Shown one piece after another: positions 9,709 to 17,286 of a stretch of DNA of 22,183 nt (positions within the stretch are counted from its first letter, which is position 1; each line of letters begins with the position of its first letter). Source of the stretch: Candidatus Micrarchaeota archaeon. GTDB lineage: Archaea > Micrarchaeota > Micrarchaeia > Anstonellales > Bilamarchaeaceae. Under the pieces are notes generated by a model that saw only the letters and a program-made list of their open reading frames with translations, was not told the DNA's origin and ran no database searches. Made by a program: the position numbers and the translations under genes. The stretch covers positions 1 through 22,183 of the forward strand of contig JBDRIM010000011.1 of the NCBI GenBank assembly GCA_043816005.1, read 5' to 3'.

Positions 9709-9878
9709 AAATTCCATCAAATCTTTTTTCGTTTTTTTGGTTTCTTTGAATGGGCTTTTTGTTGAATTAGGGGGTGTTACCCCCTCAAACCCCCGCGGAG
9801 CGCGTTGAACAAAAACCTTCGAAACCCCCGCGGAGCGCAACTGACCAAAATTCCATTTTTTTACTAATTTCTTATGTT
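9709..9878 (+). repeat. 170-bp direct repeat, copy 1: duplicate of the YkgJ-family gene 3' end, containing palindromic element copy B
   Basis: Ungapped match to 10479-10648 with 9 mismatches (counted by hand). Contains the perfect hairpin AGGGGGT-GTT-ACCCCCT (9769-9785) and an internal 17-bp repeat AAACCCCCGCGGAGCGC (9787-9803, 9822-9838). Confidence 0.95.
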
Positions 9879-9944
9879 TTTTTTATTGAAAATAGAACAG
9901 GAATAATAAGGATAGGGTGACTTCCTAAACAAAATGAGTATGTA

Positions 9945-10190
9945 TTACGGCGAGTAAACATTTTCCCTATTGCCGATTTTAAGTACGATTATTTTTTCTT
10001 CGAGAATATCGACAATGACACGCAATTTTCCCACGCGTATTCTGTATAAATTCGAACCACTTAATCGTAATGCAAATGAATATGGCCTAACAATTACCCG
10101 TTCAAGAACAGAAATTACTCGGTTTTGACTCTCTTTGTTGAGTTGTAAGAACTCTTTTTTGGCCGATTCAACAAATTCAACTCGGTACAT
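9945..10190 (-). CDS. relE: Type II toxin, RelE/ParE superfamily (RelE-like)
   Basis: 81 aa, MYRVEFVESAKKEF...LSGSNLYRIRVGKLRVIVDI...IIVLKIGNRENVY; start abuts the antitoxin stop (TGA|ATG). Confidence 0.88.
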   Translation of the reverse strand: MYRVEFVESAKKEFLQLNKESQNRVISVLERVIVRPYSFALRLSGSNLYRIRVGKLRVIVDILEEKIIVLKIGNRENVYSP

Positions 10191-10409
10191 TCAAAAACCA
10201 GCTTGTTTCTTGAGTTGTTCTAGTGAGATAACTTTACCTTTTTCATATTCCTTTCTGCGGTTTTTTATTTCATTTATAAAATCTGGATTGAGTGAAAGTC
10301 TGTCTTCGATCATGTCTTCGATTATTTCGGCATATGTCTCGCTGTCTTGAAGTTTCATGTTGTCGAGTTTTTTCTTAAGTTCATCTGTGATTTTTATTGT
10401 AGTATACAT
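10191..10409 (-). CDS. Cognate antitoxin (ribbon-helix-helix-like N-terminus)
   Basis: 72 aa, MYTTIKITDELKKKLDNMK...ETYAEIIEDMIE...EYEKGKVISLEQLKK; directly upstream of the toxin. Confidence 0.82.
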   Translation of the reverse strand: MYTTIKITDELKKKLDNMKLQDSETYAEIIEDMIEDRLSLNPDFINEIKNRRKEYEKGKVISLEQLKKQAGF

Positions 10410-10440
10410 AAGAATACTTTAGTATATAATGGTTTAAAAA
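10401..10440 (-). promoter_or_regulatory. TA promoter with candidate antitoxin operator half-sites
   Basis: Minus-strand TTTTTAAA (10433-10440) about 25 nt before the ATG, consistent with a leaderless transcript. AGTAT/ATACT half-sites at 10401-10405, 10414-10418 and 10421-10425. Confidence 0.5.
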
Positions 10441-10442
10441 TG

Positions 10443-11054
10443 TTACTGTAATTGAATTTGTTTGACAGTTTCCATTAAAAATTCCATCAAATCTTTTTTC
10501 GTTTTTTTGGTTTCTTTGAATGGGCTTTTTGTTGAATTATGGGGTGTTACTCCCTCAAACCCCCGCGGAGCGCGTTGAACAAAAACCTTCTGACCCCCCG
10601 CTGAGCGCATCTGACCAAAATTCCATTTTTTTACCAATTTTTTATGTTCAGTTAATTCCATAACCAGTTGATTTTGTTTGATGTCTGGACCTTGGATTCT
10701 TGCTATCAATTGAGATAGGAAAGGACAGAATCTTGTGTTTAATTTACCGGAAATATCAAATGGGTATCTACGGCAGGAAAGTGGTGCCGATTGATGTATT
10801 TGGCATTTATTAGTGGCCAGATTTAGAAAAACACATGGATGAGATTTCAAACCAAGAAGATAATAACCATACCCATCCGTAGTATCAAAAACATTGTCTG
10901 GATCATAACTTAGAAGGCGTGGTTCGATTAACACAACAAAATTTTCTGACTTTAGTTTTGTAATTTTTAGAATTCTGGCCAAATCGGAAAGTGTAATTGT
11001 TATAGTATAAGTTCTACAACAATCTGATTTACATAGTGAACAAGGATTGACCAT
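10443..11054 (-). CDS. YkgJ family CxxCxxCC cysteine-cluster (Zn/Fe-chelating) protein carrying an in-frame palindromic-element segment near the C-terminus
   Basis: CSLCKSDCC...CVFL...KCQIH..APLSCRRYPF. The segment FGQMRSAGGQKVFVQRAPRGFEGVTPHNSTKSPFKET is encoded by the repeat element. Confidence 0.85.
   Translation of the reverse strand: MVNPCSLCKSDCCRTYTITITLSDLARILKITKLKSENFVVLIEPRLLSYDPDNVFDTTDGYGYYLLGLKSHPCVFLNLATNKCQIHQSAPLSCRRYPFDISGKLNTRFCPFLSQLIARIQGPDIKQNQLVMELTEHKKLVKKWNFGQMRSAGGQKVFVQRAPRGFEGVTPHNSTKSPFKETKKTKKDLMEFLMETVKQIQLQ
10479..10648 (+). repeat. 170-bp direct repeat, copy 2: coding, contains palindromic element copy C
   Basis: Match to 9709-9878 at offset 770; the core hairpin is disrupted by changes at 10540 and 10551. 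Confidence 0.95.
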
Positions 11055-11086
11055 TAGATAATCAGTGAGAAGAACTGTTGATAAAG

Positions 11087-12898
11087 TTAAATGTAAGCCT
11101 TATCCTCATTTTTTTTGGGATGTTTTGGTGCTTTTTTTATTATTTCACTAACTTCGGCAGCATCAATCTGCAAACGATATTTTTGCATGATCTGCTTCAT
11201 GTTAAAATTATTGTCCTCCACTAACTTTTGAAGAGTGGGGCCGGAGATTTTTTGCAATCTGAAAACTTTCAAAACAGCTTCGACACGTGCACCTTTTGCC
11301 ATTCCTTTAAGAATATCAGGAATTGCAGCCTTGACGAAACTTCCTTTTTTATATTCGTTAAAAAGTTCAGTTAATGTTTTCTCAAGATCACTAAACTCAA
11401 ACTCCTCCCTTCTAAGTGAAACAACTGTTTCTTCAAGAGTTGTAGCTAAAAGCATTGGATCAACACCGCTGGAAACAAATTTATCAAAAAGATGAAGATG
11501 TCTTGATTTTATTATCCTGCCGGCCATTTCTTTGTTTAAAAGTTTTTCTAAACGAGCTTTTCTTTCATCAAGTGATTCGTTTTTTTCTACTGAATTTAGT
11601 AGTTCATTAGTTATTGCAATAGGCGGAACGTCTGTTTCAGGATAGAGTCTTGCCCTTCCTGGTAGCGGTCGCATGTATGTTGAAGTACCATCTTGATTTG
11701 CTTTGCGAGTTTCTTCTGGAACAAAATTCATATTTGCACGGCTTAACGCATATTCGATTGCATATTCGGATTGTATTTTTGGTGCAACTACAAGAATAAA
11801 TGAATCTTCTATCTCAATTTCAAGGAATTTTCTTAGTTGCATTTCTTCTTCGTGAGAAATATGATATTTTTCCATCTGCTCATCACTGTGAATTATGCCT
11901 TTTACGCCTGCTCTTTTTGCATAATCACTTAGTTCGGTTCCATACCTTCTTCCTTTTTGTATTTCCTGACCCAGAAGTCCTTTGTGACTGGGAAGTTTTT
12001 GAGCTAAAACAATACTGCCAGTTTTCATGCCATGAGAGATTACATTTGCTTTAGTATGTTGAAATATTTTTGTTACGTCTTTAGTATCTTTTTTCACAGG
12101 GAGTGCTTTTCTTTTGCGCAATTCGGCTAAAATTTTGATAAGTTCTGTTTGACGTTTTACTTCGTGGTCAACGTATACAGAAAGCATTTTGAGGTCCTGT
12201 GCGCCTTTGATTTCAACTCGTGCTCCCCCTTCTGTTGAGATATTAACATCCTGACGAATTGTACCAAGACCACGTGCAACCTTTGCAGTTGTACGAAGAA
12301 TCATCCCTATTTTTTCTGCTACTTCTAGAAGATGTTCGCCATCTTTTATATCTGGAGTGGTGTTTATTTCTATAAGCGGTATACCAAGACGATCAAGGCG
12401 ATAGATTGCTTTTGAATCAGAATTAGAAATAATACCTGCACTTTCTTCTTCTAATGCAATAAGCGGGAGACCAATAGTGCCTTTGGAAGTATCAAGATGG
12501 CCGTTCATAGCGATTATTGCAGTGCGCTGGAAACCAGATGTGTTACTTCCGTCTATGACCATTTTTCTCATTATGTGAACTTCGTTAACTATTGTGGCAT
12601 GGAACTGGAATGCAAGTTGTATTGCCATTTGAAGGGCTTCGTGGTTTAGTGTATTTGGTGGTTCTTCATCAGTTTCTACAAGGCAGTTATTAGAATCAAA
12701 AACCTGATATTCAAATACACGATCTTTTGCAGATTCTGCCTGTGATGCTGCGTCCACTTCACCCAGTTCACTTAAAACTGGATGTAACCTACGTTGAATG
12801 GAAAATTTTGGAGTATCATCTTCAGAAATAGTTGATGGACAGTTGCAGAACAGTTTTTTTGTATCAAGCCTTTGATGGACCTCTATGCCGATTTTCAT
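11087..12898 (-). CDS. gatE: Glutamyl-tRNA(Gln) amidotransferase subunit E
   Basis: MKIGIEVHQRLDTKKLFCNCPS, CLVETDEEPP, MRKMVIDGSNTSGFQRT, YRLDRLGIPLIEI, RGLGTIRQDVNIS, RPLPGRARLYPETDVPP. Confidence 0.97.
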   Translation of the reverse strand: MKIGIEVHQRLDTKKLFCNCPSTISEDDTPKFSIQRRLHPVLSELGEVDAASQAESAKDRVFEYQVFDSNNCLVETDEEPPNTLNHEALQMAIQLAFQFHATIVNEVHIMRKMVIDGSNTSGFQRTAIIAMNGHLDTSKGTIGLPLIALEEESAGIISNSDSKAIYRLDRLGIPLIEINTTPDIKDGEHLLEVAEKIGMILRTTAKVARGLGTIRQDVNISTEGGARVEIKGAQDLKMLSVYVDHEVKRQTELIKILAELRKRKALPVKKDTKDVTKIFQHTKANVISHGMKTGSIVLAQKLPSHKGLLGQEIQKGRRYGTELSDYAKRAGVKGIIHSDEQMEKYHISHEEEMQLRKFLEIEIEDSFILVVAPKIQSEYAIEYALSRANMNFVPEETRKANQDGTSTYMRPLPGRARLYPETDVPPIAITNELLNSVEKNESLDERKARLEKLLNKEMAGRIIKSRHLHLFDKFVSSGVDPMLLATTLEETVVSLRREEFEFSDLEKTLTELFNEYKKGSFVKAAIPDILKGMAKGARVEAVLKVFRLQKISGPTLQKLVEDNNFNMKQIMQKYRLQIDAAEVSEIIKKAPKHPKKNEDKAYI

Positions 12899-14205
12899 GA
12901 GTATACTCCCTCTGGATCAGACCTTTCACTTATTTCACCTACAAGATTGGTCATCATGAGTCTTTTCACTTCCTTCATATCCTTAGTCTGTCCTAGAACC
13001 CAACAGAGTTTTGCATATGCTGTTTCAGGAGTCCAATCAGCCCCATCACCAATCACCCCAGCATCCATGAGAAGTCTACCTGTGGTATATACTCGCATAC
13101 AGACCCTACCTGAGATACATTGTGGGCTCATGACAACTGGAATATCTGAATCAATAAGATCTTTTATGGGTTTAAGGACACTTTGAACGGATTTATCACT
13201 AAATGCATTTGCAGCCACATGACCTAACCCAGTTCCCATCAGTACTACACCATCATAGTCACTAAGTTTTCGGATAAATTCTGGTTTCATGTTTGGGTGT
13301 GAATATATAAGTGCAACATTCCCATTGAGTTTTTTATTTGCTACAAGACCTGTTTTGTTTCTAGTTAGGTGATCGGAAAGTTTCTCAAAACGCTTTGTTC
13401 TGTAATCAACTGCAAAAAGAGGCTTACCATTGATAGAATGAAATGCATCACGTGATGATGTATGCATTTTTCTTACTTTACTTCCGCGATGAAGATGGCA
13501 GAAATCATCATTCGTTGATGCATGCATGCATACAAGTACTTCACCAACGTCTTGTGTTGCTGCAAAAACAGAATTAAGCATATTCATCTCATTCTCACTT
13601 GATGGACGATCTGCGCTTCTCTGTGAACCAACAAAAATAATGGGAACTGGAAGTTTTTGAAGCATGAAGCTTAATGCTGCTGATGTGTAGGTCATGGTGT
13701 CAGTACCGTGCATAACAATCACACCATTACTCCCATCGTTTATCTCAGATTCCACATGATCTGCAAGAAGCTTCCAGTGGTGAGTATTCATATCTTCTGA
13801 GAGCAATGAAAAGATTTGTTTTGTATGTATCTGCTGTTTTTTTAATGATGGAAAAATCATTCGCAAATCTCTTGCTGTGATTGAAGGAAAAACAGCTCCG
13901 GTTTTGTATTCGATTTTTGAGGCAATGGTACCGCCGCACCCTAAAATGGCAATTCCGCCTTTAGGTTCTTCAATTTCTTCATCAACTTTTACCAATTGTG
14001 ATTTTGAAATTAATTCAAATGAATCTGCTTTTATCCCAGTATTATAACCACTGTTTAGTTTCAGAACAATAAGATTAGAATCGCCAGATGATGGTCTTGG
14101 CATAAGAAGTCCGTCAAACTCATTGCCATTTGAATATACTTTGATACGGTCTCCAATCTCAATTTTTTTTACTTTGAGTTCTTTTTCTATTTTTGATGAA
14201 TACAT
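12895..14205 (-). CDS. gatD: Glutamyl-tRNA(Gln) amidotransferase subunit D
   Basis: KLNSGYNTG N-terminal domain, GGTIAS, HGTDTM, GSQRSADRPSS, RKMHTSSRDAF; 4-bp overlap with gatE. Confidence 0.97.
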   Translation of the reverse strand: MYSSKIEKELKVKKIEIGDRIKVYSNGNEFDGLLMPRPSSGDSNLIVLKLNSGYNTGIKADSFELISKSQLVKVDEEIEEPKGGIAILGCGGTIASKIEYKTGAVFPSITARDLRMIFPSLKKQQIHTKQIFSLLSEDMNTHHWKLLADHVESEINDGSNGVIVMHGTDTMTYTSAALSFMLQKLPVPIIFVGSQRSADRPSSENEMNMLNSVFAATQDVGEVLVCMHASTNDDFCHLHRGSKVRKMHTSSRDAFHSINGKPLFAVDYRTKRFEKLSDHLTRNKTGLVANKKLNGNVALIYSHPNMKPEFIRKLSDYDGVVLMGTGLGHVAANAFSDKSVQSVLKPIKDLIDSDIPVVMSPQCISGRVCMRVYTTGRLLMDAGVIGDGADWTPETAYAKLCWVLGQTKDMKEVKRLMMTNLVGEISERSDPEGVYS

Positions 14206-14206
14206 A

Positions 14207-17200
14207 TTATGACCCAGTTATTTTGAAGATTTTTACTGCTCCGTCTGGTGAGGTGTATGCATGAGTAAATCCAGGTATTTCACTAAGGAAGATAGCACGA
14301 TAGAGATTGGAATCGTAAAACTTGCCTTTTCTATCTTCATAACCTGACTTTACAACCCCATTGTCAAGCCATACTACATCATTAGTATAGAAAAGAGTAA
14401 CTTGAGTTACCGGACCCATATGGATGGTTGAATCAAATGTACCAGGTAATGCTATTTGTGCTTTGTTCAGTCTTAGATCACCATTTGGATAGGTTTCATT
14501 GATATAGTATGTTGCAGGGACTGTTTCACCTGTGATGAGATTTGTTTCGCCAACACAATAAGTTGGAACTGCTTGGTAAACAGCCATACATTGGTCAGCT
14601 ACTGCTTGGTTTGGTGGTTGTAAACAGTTTCCAGGATAGAATGGGATAAACATACCAGCAACAGACATTTTGTAAGCAGTTAATCCAGTTTTACCAGTAA
14701 GTGGGGAAATAGTACAGGGTGTCTTTGACACAAAAATTGTTTCCCAAAGATGATCTGTTTCACATACTGATTCACCAGGTGCTTTTGACGTGGATGTACT
14801 ATTATCTCTGGCACATGAAAGATAATTAAGTGCACCATATTTACCTCCAAGTGAATTGCCACCAGCGACAAGTTCCATATCAAATAAAGCATATTTACTG
14901 TCATGTTCAAGCATCCATTGCTTTAGTTCTTCTGGCGTTGCATCAAGATAACCATGTGCAACATCACCAATCATTTTATGAGATGCGTGTTCATTTCTGA
15001 CTACTGCATTTCTTTCACCAAAGAAATTTATCCAATGACCATAATCCCACCATGAAGTAATACGAGAACCTTGTTCAGTATTAAACTTTATCCACTCCAT
15101 TGAATCCACCCAATATGTTGCGAGTCTGGTACAGCGTAGATATGCTGCTTGGGGTTCCCATGATGGTGCAGCACTAGGATTTTGCAAGTAGGTAGGATTT
15201 GAGAAAACCGAAAGTAAACATAATTTTTGATTATATTGGAAATTTGTCCCCCTACTAGCATACCCCATTGGATCAGCCGCTGCAGCACAAACATCAGCAT
15301 CATTTGTTGCTGCACATATTTGTGTAAACTTAGGTACAAGAGCAGACGGGTCATTTTGATAAAGAACCTGAAATGATCCCCAAAGAAGAGAGGGTGCAAG
15401 ACCCATGTGAACAAATTGAAGTAGAATAACTACTGCACCAAGTGCAAATAGCAATGGAACTACATTGTACTCTTTAACTAATTTATGATCTTTATAATCC
15501 TCAATAAATCTGGCAGCTTGAGCAAATGTAAAACCAATTGCAATTGCAAACAAAACACCCGCATAAATTGTATATTTTGCCTTTAACAATCCGACTACAA
15601 ATGGAGGTAATATTATTGCAAGAAATAGTAAAAATAATCCATCGTCTTTCTTTTGTGCGAACCGCCACGCCGAGTATATTACAGATGCTAAAAATGCAAA
15701 GAACCAAAATAATAGAAAACTCACATCTTTGTTATTATAAGGAATCGCAGTTGACAGAACAAGATTGACAAAAGAAACGAATAATGATAATATGAGATTA
15801 GATAGTAGTGAAAATGGAAGTAATATGATGAATAAAATAGCACTAAAGAATGAGGAAATTGAATCGATCTTCTGTGGGAATTGATAATCCTGTGCAATAA
15901 AACCCATCTGACCTGAAAATACTGTTGATGCACCACCCTGTTCTGCAATTGTTCTGTCAAGTGGAGAATTGTATTGCGCTATTTCGAATGTACTTCTACC
16001 AACATTTTTTATGTGTTCACCAAAAGGAGATACATAAACAACAAGACCAATGATGAGTATTACTCCTAATGTAATAATTTGCTGTTCTTTTGTGATTTTT
16101 TGTTTTATTAAGAAAAGAACCGCAGAAAAGGCAATTGGAATGAGAAATGTGATTGTACTACCAAGATAAATACTTCCTGTTTCAAAAATTGATTTTAGAA
16201 TCGCAGAACCAAAGACAACACCAATAACAAAAATTATGCCATTTACTATAAGCAAATGTTTTAGTTCTTCAGTATCTTCATCTCTTAAGAAAAGTATTAT
16301 TGATTGGCCTATAGTGAAAAGTAATACTCCAATCAACGCAACTACTTGTGAGCTGCTACCAAGTCCAAGTGCCATCCATGCTAAACCGGCTATTATTGGG
16401 AATCTGAAATCCTTGAATTTTAATGAAAGAACATAGAATGCATAGAAAAAGAATAGTGCAAAAAAAGCATACGGCTGCGTTTCTTGCTCACCAGCTGATA
16501 ATTTGTAAATAAACATTGGAACAAAAGTTGCTAGTGCTGCAGCAATCACCCCCCACTCTCTTTTGCTGATAGTAGAAATAATTAGATAAATAAAGAAAAT
16601 AGCTAAAACAGCAGCTAGTGGTGGATACATTGAAGCGATAATGGCTAGAAGCAGGTTATTGTATTCGCCCTCACCACCAGTGTAAAGAGAATACCAAATT
16701 GATTCAAAATATGCTATTCCTGGAAGTCCTCTGTGACTGACTTGCACTTCAGGATACCACGCCGTTGTATCGTTCAGTGGGTTTTCTCCAAGTGTAATCA
16801 ATTGTGTTGCTGCATAGGTATAGTAATATGGATCAAGTTCCATGAAAATTGGACTGTAAGAGCCTATTCTTATCAAATAAGTAACAGCAAGAACCAAAAG
16901 AAGACAAAGAGATAGAATGTGTCCTGATTGAAATTTTAATAAATTTCCTTTTTCAGGTTTTAGAATTGACATGTCTGGAATTTTCAGATTCTCATATATT
17001 TTGTTCTTAACAAAGAATGTAATGGCAATAGCATAGACAATAGCGATAGATAATAGTGCAATTGAGTATGTGTATTTTATCCCGAGGAAAAGATAGAGGA
17101 GAAATGGAATTAATGGGAGTAAGACAAAACATATGGCAAAGCCTATGAACAATTTTTCTATGAAATTAAAGTCAGATTTGTGAAAAATTGAAAAGGACAA

Positions 17201-17284
17201 AATCGCTCCAGGTAAAAATGTGGAGATAAATAACCATGCCAAAAATACCAGTAGATCAAATGATACAAACACAAAGTTCACCAA
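14207..17284 (-). CDS. aglB: Oligosaccharyltransferase AglB (STT3 family)
   Basis: Multi-TM N-terminal half, ELDPYYY, RTIAEQ, and the WWDYGHWI acceptor-binding motif; 1025 aa. Confidence 0.93.
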   Translation of the reverse strand: MVNFVFVSFDLLVFLAWLFISTFLPGAILSFSIFHKSDFNFIEKLFIGFAICFVLLPLIPFLLYLFLGIKYTYSIALLSIAIVYAIAITFFVKNKIYENLKIPDMSILKPEKGNLLKFQSGHILSLCLLLVLAVTYLIRIGSYSPIFMELDPYYYTYAATQLITLGENPLNDTTAWYPEVQVSHRGLPGIAYFESIWYSLYTGGEGEYNNLLLAIIASMYPPLAAVLAIFFIYLIISTISKREWGVIAAALATFVPMFIYKLSAGEQETQPYAFFALFFFYAFYVLSLKFKDFRFPIIAGLAWMALGLGSSSQVVALIGVLLFTIGQSIILFLRDEDTEELKHLLIVNGIIFVIGVVFGSAILKSIFETGSIYLGSTITFLIPIAFSAVLFLIKQKITKEQQIITLGVILIIGLVVYVSPFGEHIKNVGRSTFEIAQYNSPLDRTIAEQGGASTVFSGQMGFIAQDYQFPQKIDSISSFFSAILFIILLPFSLLSNLILSLFVSFVNLVLSTAIPYNNKDVSFLLFWFFAFLASVIYSAWRFAQKKDDGLFLLFLAIILPPFVVGLLKAKYTIYAGVLFAIAIGFTFAQAARFIEDYKDHKLVKEYNVVPLLFALGAVVILLQFVHMGLAPSLLWGSFQVLYQNDPSALVPKFTQICAATNDADVCAAAADPMGYASRGTNFQYNQKLCLLSVFSNPTYLQNPSAAPSWEPQAAYLRCTRLATYWVDSMEWIKFNTEQGSRITSWWDYGHWINFFGERNAVVRNEHASHKMIGDVAHGYLDATPEELKQWMLEHDSKYALFDMELVAGGNSLGGKYGALNYLSCARDNSTSTSKAPGESVCETDHLWETIFVSKTPCTISPLTGKTGLTAYKMSVAGMFIPFYPGNCLQPPNQAVADQCMAVYQAVPTYCVGETNLITGETVPATYYINETYPNGDLRLNKAQIALPGTFDSTIHMGPVTQVTLFYTNDVVWLDNGVVKSGYEDRKGKFYDSNLYRAIFLSEIPGFTHAYTSPDGAVKIFKITGS

Positions 17285-17286
17285 TT

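Larger units (their letters stand above)
9709..10648. mobile_element. Putative mini-island: toxin-antitoxin cassette bounded by 170-bp direct repeats (770-bp unit)
   Basis: The direct repeats flank the TA pair and duplicate a host gene 3' end, as attL/attR-type insertions do. No integrase or transposase is in the window. Confidence 0.55.

Noticed and set aside
9769..9830. G-quadruplex in the element
   Set aside because: Only three G5 tracts on the G-rich strand, with long loops, and one tract pairs in a Watson-Crick hairpin supported by covariation.
9787..9838. Mini CRISPR array (17-bp repeat twice)
   Set aside because: Only two short units with an 18-bp spacer that is identical in the other copy; no cas genes.
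9709..10648. Diversity-generating retroelement TR/VR pair (a near-identical repeat with one copy at a gene 3' end)
   Set aside because: No reverse transcriptase in the window. Six of 9 mismatches are sense-strand A in the coding copy, the opposite polarity to a TR-to-VR pattern, and the other 3 are not at A. The target is not a ligand-binding display fold, and a third inverted copy points to a dispersed element.
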